DNA of 64,000 nt. Origin: Squalus acanthias (lineage: Eukaryota). Each line of letters begins with the position of its first letter. Within the stretch, counting starts at the first letter, position 1. A program made the translations under genes and the position numbers. Location: positions 7,750,001 to 7,814,000 of the forward strand of contig CM059432.1 in assembly GCA_030390025.1 (NCBI GenBank). Direction: 5' to 3'. Under the pieces are notes generated by a model. It was given only the letters and a program-made list of their open reading frames with translations, was not told where the DNA came from and searched no databases. This document shows positions 1 to 11,481 of the stretch, piece after piece.

Positions 1-469
1 ACATGGCTTCATTGCTTTTATATTCTATTCCTCTAGAAATTAACCCCAGTACTTGGTTGCTACTTTCAGTGATTTATGTATCCTTATTCCCAGAATGCTA
101 TTCTCCTCTACCTCATTTTATTTCTGACCTACCGAGGAAGCAAAATGGATTTCTTAAAGGAGAATTGCAAGGTTTAAGTCTGCCAAAAGCTTCAGGCTTC
201 ATAACTTATGTTTACCTCGGGCAATCCTGAAATGCTTTTGGGCGGGGTGGGGGGGGTGCTGCAATTTGTTAGGTTGGGGCTGCATCTTGCAGAACGTCGG
301 AACATTCTGGGGCAAGTCTTTAAAAGCTTCTGGCTGGGATTCCCGATGGCCATCCCACTCTTTATACTCCACCTGCTGGAGGCAGATGAGGAAAATGAAC
401 GAGAGGCATCCAGAGAAGCCAGACGAATCAGGCAACATCAGAGAAGAGTTAAACCCTATGTGATGATAC

Positions 470-1024
470 CCTACGGAATGCTTGCCTTTATTAGCCGAGG
501 CATTGAATACAAGAGCAGGGGGGGTTATGCTTGAACTGTGTAAAACACTAGTTAGGCCACTGCTAGAGTACTGTGTGCAGTTCTGGTCACCATATTGCAG
601 GAAGGATATGATTGCACTAGAGAGGGTACAGAGGAGGTTTACGAGGATGTTGCCTGGACTGGAGAATTTTAGCTACGAGGAAAGATTGGATAGACTGGGT
701 TTGTTTTCTTTGGAACAGAGGAGGCTGAGGGGGAGACCTTATTGAGGTGTATAAAATTATGAGGGGCCTAGATAGAGTGGATAGGAAGGACCTATTTCCC
801 TTAGCAGAGAGGTCAATAACCAGGGGGCATAGATTTAAAGTAATTGGTAGGAGGTTTAGAGGGGATTTGAGGGGAAATTTCTTCACCCAGAGGGTGGTGG
901 AAGTCTGGAACTCACTGCCTGAAAGAGTGGTAGAGGCAGAAACCCTCACCACATTTAAAAAGTGCTTGGATGTGCACTTGAAGTGCCGTCACCTACAGGG
1001 CTATGGACCAAGAGCTGGAAAGAT
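470..1024 (+). mobile_element. CR1 LINE, 5'-truncated ORF2 C-terminal fragment
   Basis: Frameshifted ORFs with [44 protein letters not shown], typical of the CR1 ORF2 C-terminus. Confidence 0.9.
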
Positions 1025-1406
1025 TTGATAGAGGAGTTCAAAATCATGAGGGTTCCAGACAGAGTAGATAGAGAGAAACTGTTCCCATTGGCAGAAGGTC
1101 GAGAACCAGAGGACACAGATTTAAGGTGATTGGCAGAAGAACCAAAGGCGACATGAGGAAAACCTTTTTTACGCAGCGAGTGGTTAGGATCTGGAATGCA
1201 CTGCCTGAAAGAGTGGTGGAGGCAGATTCAATCGTGGCTTTCAAAAGGGAGTTGGATAAGTACCTGAAGGAAAAAAATCTGCAGGGCTACGGGGAAAGGG
1301 CGGGGCAGGAGTGGGACTAGCTGAGGTGCTCTTGCGGAGAGCTGGCACGAGCTCGATGGGCCGAATGGCCTCCTTCTGTGCTGTAACCATTCTATGATTC
1401 TATGAT
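1022..1406 (+). mobile_element. CR1 LINE 3' end (ATTCTATG-tail family)
   Basis: FFTQRVVRIWNALP, 3'UTR GGGCCGAATGGCC stem, tail attctatgattctatg. Confidence 0.9.
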
Positions 1407-2295
1407 CCTGTGAGGAGGACAGAAAGAGGCTGCAAAGGGATATAGACAGGTCAATTGAGCAGGCAAGAAGGTGGCAGATGGAGTATAATGTGGGGAAATG
1501 TGAAAATATCCTCTTGGGTATGAAGAATATAAAAGCAGAATATTTTTTAAAAGATGAGAGACTAGTAAATGTTGGTATGCAGAGGGATTTGGGTGTCCTT
1601 GTGCATAAATCACAGAAAGTTAACATGCAGGAACAGCAAGCAATTAGGAAGGCAAATGGTATGTTAGCCTTCATTGCAAGGGGGTTGGAGTACAAGAGTA
1701 AGGAAGTCTTGCTGCAATTATATAGGGGTTTGGTGAGACCACGCCTGGAGTATTGTGTACAGTTTTGGTCACCTTACCTAAGGAAGGTTATACTTGCCTT
1801 AGACGGAGTGCAACAAAAGTTGATTAGATTGATTTCTGGATGAGAGGGCTGTCCTACGAGGAGAGATTGTGTAGAATGGGCCTACGCTCTCTGGAGTTTA
1901 GAAGAATGAGAGGTGATCTCCTTGAAACGTATAAAATTCTGAGAGGGCTTGACAGGGTAGATGCTGAGAGGTTGTTTCCCCTGGCTGGAGAGTCTAGAAC
2001 CAGGGATCCATAGTCTCAGGATAAGGGGTCGGCCATTTAGGATAAGATGAGGAGAAATTTCTTCACTCAGAGGGTTGTGAATCTTTGGAATTCTCTGCCC
2101 CAGAGGGCTGTGGATGTTCAGTCATTGATTATATAGAAGACTGAGATCGATAGGTTTTTGGGCACTAAGGCAATCAAGGGATATGGGGATAGGGCGAGAA
2201 AGTGGAGTTGATGTAGAAGATAAGCCATGATCTTATTGAATGGTGGAGCGGGCTCGAGGGGCCGTATGGCCTACTCCTGCTCCTATATCTTATGA
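1407..2295 (+). mobile_element. CR1 LINE 3' fragment
   Basis: ORF 1478-1843 ([31 protein letters not shown]) followed by CR1 3'UTR and cttatg tail. Confidence 0.9.
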
Positions 2296-2351
2296 ACTGC
2301 CACAACTCCTTTCCTGAGGCAGTCTAGTGTCCCGCTGTTTTTCATGATTAA

Positions 2352-3240
2352 GGATATAGTAGTATAGTGGTTATATTACTGAAGTAGTAATCCAGGGGCC
2401 TGCACTAATAATCCAGACAACATGAGTTCAAATCCCACCATGGCAGTTTGAGAATTTGACTTCAGTTAAGAAAAAACCTGGAAATAAAGAGCTGGTATCA
2501 GTAAAATGTGATCAGGAAGCCATCAGATTGTTGTAAAAACCCATTTGGTTCACCAACGTCCTTTAGGGAAGGAAATCTGGCATCCTTACGTGGTCTGGCC
2601 TATATGTGACTCCAATCCCACACCATTGTGGTTGACTCTTAGCTGCCCCCTGTACTGGCCTAGCAAGCCACTAAGTTGTATCATATAGAACATAAGAAAT
2701 AGGAGCAGGAATAGGCCACTTGGCCCCTCGAGCCTGCTCCGCCATTCAATAAGATCATGGCTGATCTTGGGCTCAAAGCCACTTCCCCACCCGCTCCCCA
2801 TAACCCTTCACTCCCTTATCTTGCAAAAATCTGTCTATCTCCACCTTAAATGTATTTAATGACCCAGCCTCCACAGCTCTCTGGGGCAGAGAATTCCACA
2901 GATTTATGACCCTCTGAGAGAAGAAATTCCTCCTCATCTCAGTTCTAAAAGGGCGACCTTTTATTCTGAAACTATGCCCCCGAGTTCTAGATTTCCCCAC
3001 AAGGGGAAACATCCTCTCTGCATCTACCTTGTCGAGACCCCTCAGTATCTTATATGTTTCAATAAGATCACCTCTCATTCTTCTAAATTCCAATGAGTAT
3101 AGGCCCAACCTACTCAACCTTTCCTCATCAAACTGCTATGAAGAATAAACAAGGACTGTAGTTCAAGAAGGAAGCCCACCTTCTCAGGGCAAATATGGAT
3201 GGATAACTAAAGCTGGCTTTGCCAACGACAGCCACATGTT
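2352..3240 (+). mobile_element. tRNA-derived SINE (family B), interrupted by a CR1
   Basis: A-box-like tagtggtta and B-box-like gagttcaaatccc; same body as copies at 15770, 38630, 42992, 62600; resumes at about 3129 with LINE-like tail. Confidence 0.8.
2684..3128 (-). mobile_element. CR1 LINE 3' fragment inserted in SINE B
   Basis: ORF 2773-3117(-) LGLYSLEFRRMRGDLIETYKI...WNSLP plus 3'UTR. Confidence 0.9.
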
Positions 3241-3244
3241 GGAA

Positions 3245-3420
3245 AGTTCGAAAGTGCACTTAGGGGAGAGTTTTTTTTTCCCCAAGGACAGGCGCAGAAG
3301 GGAATGTGGTTTGGAAGGAGGCAGGAGGATGTGGGTGGTGAGAGATACAAGGAAGTGGTCGGAGATGGCCTTGTCAGCGATCGGGATGATGGAAGTAGAG
3401 AGGTCATGGGAGTTGGGAAA
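3245..3420 (-). mobile_element. degraded LINE (probably L2) endonuclease-end fragment
   Basis: ADKAISDHFLVS resembles the SDH motif ending APE endonuclease domains. Confidence 0.5.
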
Positions 3421-3485
3421 AAAGTCAGAAGAAGGTTCACGTGCCGCCAAGGTGGGGTGATTTCAGGAGAAAGTAGACGCCCAAA

Positions 3486-3935
3486 AACATAGCAATCTAT
3501 AGCGACAGGAGGAGGCCATTCAGCCCCTCACACCTCTTCTGCCATTCAATTAGATCATGGCTGAGCTATGCCTCAACTCCATCTACCCACTTTGGTTCCA
3601 GTAACCCTTAATACCCTTGCCTAGCAAAAATCTATCAATCCCAGTTTAGAAACATGTTTCCTTCAAGCATATACACAGTGGGCCTGGGTGTATGGAAAGA
3701 TTCCTGATTGATTTCACCTAATTTTGAAATTTTCAATGGACCCCCCAGCCTCAACAACTCTTTGCGGGGGGGGGGAGAGAGTTCCAGATTTCCACCACCC
3801 TTTGTGTGAAGAAGTGCTTCCTGACATCAACTCTGAACGGCCTAGCTCTAATTTTAAGGCTTGTTCTGGACTCCCCCCAACCAGAGGAAATAATTTCTCT
3901 CTATCTCCCCAATCAAATCCTTCAATCTTCATCAT
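3486..3935 (-). mobile_element. CR1 LINE 3' fragment with an internal insertion of about 80 bp
   Basis: DREKLFPLVG and CR1 3'UTR; extra segment about 3650-3720 also present at 8750-8820. Confidence 0.8.
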
Positions 3936-3999
3936 AGGATGGAAACCTCTTTAAGAAAAAAAGACTTGCATTTCTTTATAACACCGGCATTCTTCTACA

Positions 4000-4207
4000 T
4001 AGTACCTTTATTGAAGTGAAATGTCCCAGGGCACTTCACAGGAGCGATTATCAAACTGAATTTGACACCGAGCCACATAAGGAGATATTAGGGCAGGTGA
4101 CCAAAAGCTTGGACAAAGAGGTAGGTTTTAAGGAGCGTCTTAAAGGACGAGAGAGAAGTAGAGAGAATGAAGAGGTTTAGGGAGGGAATTCCAGAGCTTA
4201 GGGCCTA
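4000..4207 (-). mobile_element. L2 LINE 3' end fragment
   Basis: Reverse complement matches the L2 ends at 11178-11481 and 32368-32913 (ctctggaattccctccctaaacct...tttgtccaagcttttggtcacc). Confidence 0.75.
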
Positions 4208-4252
4208 CCGAAACAATTAATGTTTTTCATTCTTTAAAATGAAAGCATTATA

Positions 4253-4694
4253 AAGAACAGAAAGACTTGCATTTATATAGCGCCTTTCACGACCACCAGA
4301 TGTCTCAAAGCGCTTTACAGCCAATGAAGTACTTTTGAAGTGTAGTCACTGTTGTAATGTGGGAAACGCGGCAGCCAGTTTGCGCACAGCAAGCTCCCAC
4401 AAACAGCAACGTGATAATGACCAGATAATCTGTTTTTGTTATGAGGGATAAATATTGGCCCCAGGACACCGGGGATAACTCCTCTGCTCTTCTTCGAAAT
4501 AGTGCCATGGGATCTTTTACGTCCACCCGAGAGAGCAGACGGGGCCTCGGTTTAACAATGCAGCACTCCCTCAGAACTGCACTGGAGTGTCAGCCTAGTT
4601 TTGTTATATGCTTAAGTCCCTGGCGTGGGACTATGAACCCACAACCTTCCGACTGCAGAGGCGAGTGGGCTACCAACTGAGCCACAGCTGACAC
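4253..4694 (-). mobile_element. DeuSINE, SacSINE1-like
   Basis: tRNA-like head tggctcagttggtagc, Deu-domain-like core (aaccgaggccccgtc, aaaagatcccatggcact, ggtgtcctgg), L2-like tail ggcgctatataaatgcaag. Confidence 0.85.
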
Positions 4695-4949
4695 TTTAGA
4701 TACAATCAGTCACCAGAACACCATCAAAGGCTTTGGAGATGTTCAAGGTGATGATAAAGTAAGTGTTGCGAAGTAGAGTTCCAGAGGTGTGCCGTGTAGA
4801 CAAGCGGATCATCGGTAGAACGGCCATGCTGAAAGCCAAGGTTGTCTCTGAAATTTCATGTGGTGCATAATGAGGCAAAAAAAAAGATTGTTTTTTTTCA
4901 GAGCTGATCTGTGTAGGAACATTCCTCAACTTGTGTTAATACCTCGACC

Positions 4950-5210
4950 ACCTAGCAGGCGCATGGGAACACCACCACCTGCAAGTTGCACATCACCTTG
5001 ACTTGGAAATATATCGGCCGATCCTTCATCGTCGCTGGGTCAAAATCCTGGAACTCCCTCCCTAACAGCACTGTGGGAGTACCTTCACCACACGGACTGC
5101 AGCGGTTGAAGAAGGTGGCTCACCACCACCTTCTCAAGGGCAACTAGGGATGGACAATAAATGCCGGCCTTGCCAGCGACGCCCACATCCCATGAACGGA
5201 TATAAAAAAA
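4950..5210 (+). mobile_element. 3' end of a non-CR1-family LINE (here called LINE-X)
   Basis: Matches the 3' end of the long copy at 44660-47146 (SFIVAGSKSWNSLP...AHHHLLKG), poly(A)-like tail. Confidence 0.85.
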
Positions 5211-5454
5211 AATAAGAAAACTTAGCTAGTTATTCACAGCAGACCTGTGAGTGATTAATGTAGAGGATGGGTTAAATGTCAAAATTTAAAGACAGAATAA
5301 CAGATTTAGGGGAATATGTGAAATGCAGCTTGTCAGCTTGAATCTGCCCCAATCCCCGCTGTTATCCCTGACCCCACTCAATTCCTGGAGCTAGTTGGCA
5401 CACTAAAACGAATGAGGTTCCAAGTAAAAAGTCAGCCACTATTAATATACTGAG

Positions 5455-5806
5455 GGTTTTAGATTCAAAATTATGAGGGGTTTTGCTGGGGAGAAACTGT
5501 TTCCACTGGCAGGAAGGTCGGTAACCAGAGGACACAGAAAAGCCAAGGGGGAGCTGTGAAGAAATTTTTTGATGCAGTGAGCTGTTATGATCTGCAACGC
5601 GCTGCCTGAAAGGGCGGTGGAAGCAGATTCAAGAGTAACTTTCAACAGGGAATTGGATAAATACTTGAAAAGGAAAAATCTGCAGGGCTATGGGGAAAGA
5701 GCAGGGGGGGTGGGACTAATTGGATCGCTCTTTCAAAGAGCCGGCACAGGCACGATGGGCCGAATGGCCTCCTTCTGCGCTGTAAGATTCTATGATTCTA
5801 TTCTAT
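5455..5806 (+). mobile_element. CR1 LINE 3' end
   Basis: NALPERAVEADS, 3'UTR stem and attctatg tail. Confidence 0.85.
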
Positions 5807-5814
5807 AGATTGCG

Positions 5815-6487
5815 TGCCCATATACAGCTGCTCACGATGTGGTCTCCTCTACATTGGGGAGACCAAACGCAGATTGGGTGACCGCTTTGCGGAACACCTC
5901 CGTTCAATCCCTAAGGGGGACCCCGAGCTCCCGGTCGCCTGTCACTTTAATTCACCGCTTCACTCCCACTCTGACCTCACTGTCCTCGGCCTATTACACT
6001 GTTCCATGGAAGCTCAGCGTAAGCTCGAGGAACAGCACCTCATCTTTCGTTTAGGCACGCTACAGCCCTCTGGACTCAACATCGAGTTCAACAATTTCAG
6101 AACATAACCTCGACCCCCATCACATTTATATTTTATTTTTTCATCCACCCTTTTGTTTGGCCCCCCCTTTTTTTTTCCCTCCCAGAAGCTGGCAGTGGTC
6201 CTTCATTCTGCCAGTGCATTTCACACTTCATCAAGCCTCAACCTGTCACATTAACACCTCCTCTTGCCTTGATTATCTCTTAATGTCTCTCAATGTCTCT
6301 TAATCTCTCCTTTTGTTCTTTCATCCCCTCCCCCTTTTCCCAGCTTTATCCTTGCTTTAAATCTATTTCATTTCCTGCTTTTTTCCAGTTCTGACGAAAG
6401 GTCTTCGACCTGAAACGTTAACTCTGTTTCTCTCTCCATGGATGCTGCCTGGCCTGCTGAGATTTTCCAGCGTTTTCTGTTGTTTTT
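5815..6487 (+). mobile_element. Penelope-like element, 5'-truncated (GIY-YIG end plus terminal repeat)
   Basis: CSRCGLLYIGETKRRLGDRFAEH...GLNIEFNNFR nearly identical to the C-terminus of ORF 34441-37350; followed by the same terminal repeat. Confidence 0.95.
6387..6423 (+). ncRNA. minimal type I hammerhead ribozyme
   Basis: agtt-CTGACGA-a-aggtc(ttc)gacct-GAAA-cg-TT-aact: intact core, stem II, stem I agtt/aact. Confidence 0.8.
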
Positions 6488-6683
6488 ACAGAGAAGAGTA
6501 ATAGGTCCACAGAACAGGGGAAAAATTGATGGATTTCCCCATTATGCCTTTTATTACAGGGAAGGGCGATTCTAAATCTGAATCAACTCAGCTGGGACAA
6601 ATACAGATAAATTAATATTGTGAAAATACTTTGGAGATGCTCCCTGTCCTTTCTCTTAGACAGCTGCAGTTTTGACTCATTAT

Positions 6684-7426
6684 GGCCCAAAAATTAGTGC
6701 CGCTACGCGAGAGTACGCACTGTGTACTCTCGCGTATTCTGTCTCCAATTGCCGGTTTTCTGCATGCACTGCGCATGCGCTGAAAACCGGCACTTGGTGA
6801 ATTCAAAAGGGGGCGGTTCCTAGGTGAACCGCATGCGCGCTACAGGCTGCGCGCACGCAGTGCACTTAGTGCTTTGAACGCGCAGGTAAGCATGGAACAT
6901 TTTAGACATAAAGAAAGGAGGCGTAAGACCCTCTTTTAACAAGGTAAGTAGTTAATTAAGTATTATTTTGAATTTTTTTTAACAGGTATATCTTTTTTAG
7001 AGACTTTAAAGACAGGTAAGTTTATTTTTATAACTTTTTAAAAGATTTTAAATTTTTTCAAAAATTTAATTTTTTGTTTAAAATGGTTAATTTATTTAAC
7101 TATACTTATTTTATTAATGTGATGGTTTTTTTTTAAATTTAATTGAGGTTTAGCTGTTCTTTTGGGGGGGTATAGTATTCATAGCTTTCACAGCACTTAT
7201 GTGAAAGCTATGAATGAAAGATGGTGTGCTGCCATTGGCTCTAACTGAGTCACGTGATCCCACAGCTCGCACGAATTAACTACGCCGGTGGGATACGGAA
7301 GCCCAGCACAGCAGCTGTCCAGAACATCAAGTTCGTGCGAGCTCGGACTGAAAAAGCCAGCACGCAGTGAGAGATCGCGGGGAGGCCTTACCCTCGCACG
7401 AAGGCTCCCTCACGAATTTTTGGGCC
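6684..7426. mobile_element. non-autonomous PIF/Harbinger-type MITE with AT-rich core
   Basis: TIRs ggcccaaaaattagtg / cacgaatttttgggcc (15 of 16 match), 3-bp flanks TAT/AAT, internal hairpins. Confidence 0.8.
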
Positions 7427-8119
7427 AATATCTGAGCTGTATTTGCTCAAATGACCTGACTTAAGAAGTGGGAATAATGTATGCATTTTTCCTTGTTTAA
7501 AATTTTTTTTATCAAATTTTAATCTTCAGACTACGCAGCATTGTCTTGCTGGAGACAGACAGTGACGTTCATAAGGCGCACTAAATCCTCATTGAAATGT
7601 TCGAGTTTGTTCAATAATTAAAAAAATGATGTCCTTGCCAATTAAACGATGAAAATAAACCTGATTATCTTGGTCTGATAGACCTCATTCAGCTCGACAT
7701 CCCAGAGGGGAATTATAGTGTCTAGTCGTTCCAAGTTGGCGAATTGCGGTGCTGAATTTATATAACCTTTGTGGATTCTCTAGTATATTTTATTAAATTT
7801 CCAAATGTAATAGTTCCATCTCACTGAGATACAGTGAGATTCCACCTTTGAGTACACGAATGTCATGTTGTATAATTCATCGGATCATTTTGCTAAGCTG
7901 TCAGTCCCATCGAGACCAACGTCGCTTTTCCCAGGAATACAAATAAGGTTAAAGGTGCCCTCTGATCGTGATGCCTTTAGAGCAAAATTGATGCAATAAA
8001 AACAGAGGTGACCTGGTGTCCTTCAACCAGTTTTTCTTTCAAATTAATGAATGATTGACAGAGCTACAATAATAAATCCGATGATTTTCTTTGTTAAACA
8101 AATTCCAAAGGAATCATCC

Positions 8120-8449
8120 ACCGCAACTCGCCAAGGCTTCGTCGGCAGCACCTGCCAAACCTGCAACCTCTACTGCCGAGAAGGGCAAGGGCAGCAGGTG
8201 CATGGGAACAGCACCCCCTCCAAGTCAGACACACCATCCCGACTTGGACATATATCGGCTGTTCCTTCATCGTCGCTGGGTCAAAATCCTGGAACTCCCT
8301 CCCTAACAGCACTGCGGGAGTAACTTCGCCACACGGACTGCAATGGTTCAAGAAGACGGCTCGCCACCACCTTCTCAAGGGCAACTAGGAGTGGGCAATA
8401 AATGCTGGCCTTGCCAGCGACTCCCACATCCCAGGAATGAATAAAAAAA
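8120..8449 (+). mobile_element. LINE-X 3' fragment
   Basis: Matches 46810-47146, ends in gaatgaat plus poly(A). Confidence 0.85.
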
Positions 8450-8589
8450 ATGTGAAAATACATAATCCCCTCCAATACGCAAGGTAATTCCTCCTAAGTA
8501 AGGGACCTATTCTGTAATTTTAATTTTGGCATTCCGTTAAAAATCTGTCAGTATTTCTGTTACAATATATTTACATGCACAGTACATAT

Positions 8590-8825
8590 TTACATAGGAA
8601 TATAGGAACAGGAGGAGGCCATTCAGCTCCCTCAAGCCTGTTCCACCATTCAATTAGATCATAGCTGATCTGTCGCTCAACTCCGCCTTTGCCCCATATC
8701 CCTTGATACCCTTACCCAACAAAAATCTATCAATCCCAGTTTTGAAGTTTTGAAATATGTTTCCATCAAGCATGTACACACTGAACCTAGGTGCATGTAA
8801 ATATTCCTGATTGATTTCTCCCAGT
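8590..8825 (-). mobile_element. CR1 LINE 3' fragment, same subfamily and insertion as 3486-3935
   Basis: 3'UTR ggaggccattcagc...gatcatagctga and shared extra segment 8750-8820. Confidence 0.75.
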
Positions 8826-8929
8826 TGGGTTCACTGTGAATTATAATTAAACAAAGAGAGCTGTAGCGCTTCAAATGTTGGGCAAGATTTTATGCTCATG
8901 TTACGCAGCAATCCTAAAGATGATTTTAC

Positions 8930-9325
8930 ACCACAGTAACAGGCCATTCGGACCAACTGGTCCGTGCCGGTGTTCCTGCTCCACACGAGCCTCCTCCCAC
9001 CCTACTTCATCTCACCTTATCACCATAACCTTCTATTCCTTTCTCCCTCATGTGCTTATCAAGCTTCCCCTTAAATGCATCTGTGCTATTTGTCTCAACT
9101 ACTCCATGTGGTCACGAGTTACACATTCTCACCACTCTCTGAGTAAAGGTTTTTGCCCTGAATTCCTTATTAGTGACTCTCTCATATTTATGGCCCCTAG
9201 TTTTGGACTCCCCCACAAGGGGAAACAGCTTCTCTATGCCTACCCTATTGAAACTCTTCAGAATTTTTTGACCTCTATCAGGTCAGCTCTCGATCTTCTC
9301 TTTACTAAGAGAAAAGAGCCCCAGC
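8930..9325 (-). mobile_element. CR1 LINE 3' fragment (degraded)
   Basis: 3'UTR ggaggaggctcgtgtggagc as at 22400 and 52900; degenerate ORF2 end. Confidence 0.75.
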
Positions 9326-9789
9326 CTGCGAGGTGGAGTAGACACAAATAGTACTGGTGTTAAAACTGCTTTCATCTTGAATGTATCAACCCTTCTAATG
9401 ATGTTACTTAGTACCAAGACTATCCAGGTTCATAACTTCGTCAGTGAGAAGGGTCCGTACTTTTGTTCCAATTTAAAACGAATATGGTGGATCCATTACG
9501 CGGTACTTCTGTGCAATCCAAGACTGATACAGTCTAGCCTGTAAAGATTTACAATCTACTGTGCTTACACATCTGTAAGCACCTTCATTAATGGGCAGCT
9601 CGCAAGACAAGGTGGATGCACTCTATGGCACCTTGGACCCTGGGGAAGGCTGCAATGCGGGTAAAGCCCAGTGCTCTCTTGCTCTACTTCGCTCTGTCCA
9701 TGGGGAAAAGAGATGTACGTGTTCCTCCTGGCTTAGAGAGCCTCCCTTATACAACGGTGGAATGCAAACCGGCAGATGTCACTAATGTC

Positions 9790-10546
9790 CTTTCACCTCC
9801 TCCCTTCCCACTGTCCAGGGCCCCAAACGCTCCTTCCAGGTGAAACAGCGATTTACTTGTACTTCTCGCAATTTAGTATACTGTATTCGCTGCTCACGAT
9901 GCGGTCTCCTCTACATTGGGAGACCAAACGCAGATTGGGTGACCGCTTTGCGGAACACCTCCGTTCAGTCCGTAAGGGTGACCCCGAGCTTCCGGTCGCC
10001 TGTCACTTTAATTCTCCACTCCACTCCCACTCTGACCTCTCCATCGTCGGCCTCTTACGCTGTTCCAATGAAGCTCAAAGTTAGCTCGAGGAACAGCATC
10101 TCATCTTTCGATTAGGCACTTTACAGCCTTCTGGACTCAACATCGAGTTCAACAATTTCAGACCATAACCTCTGCCCCTATCTTCTTTATCCATTTTTTT
10201 TCTTTCTCTCACATGGCAGCTGTCTTTCATTCTGCTAGTGCCATTTACACTTCATCTAGAGACATTTTTTGTTTCTTAACTTGTCCTATTACCATTTCCT
10301 TTCGCCTTGCACCATCATCCCTTTCGTCTCTTAATCTCTCCTGCCTTCCAGCCTATCACAGACCTTCCCTTTTGTTCTTTCCTCCCCTCCCCCCTTTCTC
10401 TGCCCCTGCACTTGCTTAAAAACCTGCTCCATCTCCAGCTTTTTCCAGTTCTGACGAAGGGTCATCGACCTGAAACGTTAACTCTGTTTCTCTCTCTCCA
10501 CAGATGCTGCCTGACCTGCTGAGCATTTCCAGCATTTTCTGTTTTT
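9790..10546 (+). mobile_element. Penelope-like element, 5'-truncated, with 14-bp TSD
   Basis: KQRFTCTSRNLVYCIRCSRCGLLYIG plus terminal repeat; atgtcactaatgtc duplicated at 9776-9789 and 10547-10560. Confidence 0.95.
10447..10483 (+). ncRNA. minimal type I hammerhead ribozyme
   Basis: agtt-CTGACGA-a-gggtc(atc)gacct-GAAA-cg-TT-aact. Confidence 0.8.
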
Positions 10547-11177
10547 ATGTCACTAATGTCACCTGCTGCAGCCTGGAAGGAGCCTTTTGCGTGAAGTTTA
10601 ATTCCGCGGTGACCTTGACGGCCACAGGCAGTGCTGTCCACGCCCCTGTTTCGAGGCTCGGGTTGAGGCTGCAGCAAGTGACATAGCTCGGCGACCCCCT
10701 CCTCGGTGAAGCCAAGGTGCCTGAGACGCTGCTCCTCAGTGAAGTTCAGGTCGGTGAATTGCTCCCTTGAAGACCCGCTGTGAGCATGGTCTCCGTGCAG
10801 TGCTTTCCTTCTCCTTTGTCTCCCAGCTACTCCTGCTCTCTCTGGGTGTCCTCCACCCTCCAAAACCCCCATGACTGCAGTGAAACTGTTTTGAAGGCAG
10901 CCAGCAGTAATCCAGCAAAAGGTTATACCCAGGAGTCAGAAATCAGTTGGAGAAGGCAGAAAGTAAGACAAAAAACCACCCAGAAGTTAACCAGCCGCCT
11001 AAAAGGACAAATCAGCAACTAACCTGTGTGTAGTGGATTAGCCCTTTAAACAACACTGTGAAGGGTCCTTACTGCCCATTAGTGCTACAAGTTGCTGAGC
11101 GAATTTAGCACGTGGTGAGTCAGGCACTAGAGCAGAACAATTTCACAAATAGGTCCGACATCAAGCGTAGGACCCTC

Positions 11178-11481
11178 ATCTGGCCTCTTGAGCATCCCCG
11201 ATTTTAATCGCTCCACCATTGGTGGCCGTGCCTTCAGTTACCTAGGCCCTAAGCTCTGGAATTCTCTCCCTAAACCTCTGCCTCCACCTCTCTTTCCTCC
11301 TTTAAGAAGCTCCTTAAAACCTACCTCTTTGACCAAGCTTTTAGTCACCTGTCCTAATATCTCCTTGTGTGGCAGGGTGTCAAATTTTGTTTGATAAAAC
11401 GCTCCTGTGAAGCGCCTTGGGATGGTTTACTACGTTAAAGGCGCTATATAAATACAAGTTTTTGTTGTTGTTGTTGTTGTT
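11178..11481 (+). mobile_element. L2 LINE 3' end
   Basis: RSTIGGRAFSYLGPKLWNSLP (L2-type C-terminus), ggcgctatataaat and (GTT)n tail. Confidence 0.85.

Larger units (their letters stand above)
9570..10875 (-). pseudogene. PIF/Harbinger (HARBI1-like) transposase remnant, split by a Penelope insertion; element right end at about 11662
   Basis: Minus strand gives FTDLNFTEEQRLRHLGFTEEGVAELCHLLQP...GSFQAAAGDISDI (10550-10760) and, past the insertion, RCIREAL...GFTRIAAFPRVQGAIECIH (degenerate GAIDCTH motif); TIR-like gaattttcaggccc ending 11662. Confidence 0.85.

Noticed and set aside
208..534. 108-aa ORF
   Set aside because: Fuses an unassigned segment (possibly a Harbinger transposase start, MAIPLFILHLLEADEENE) to a CR1 fragment; no termini or catalytic motifs to support a call
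4696..4929. 77-aa minus-strand ORF with TLNISKAFD
   Set aside because: At most a very degraded RT motif; too little to classify
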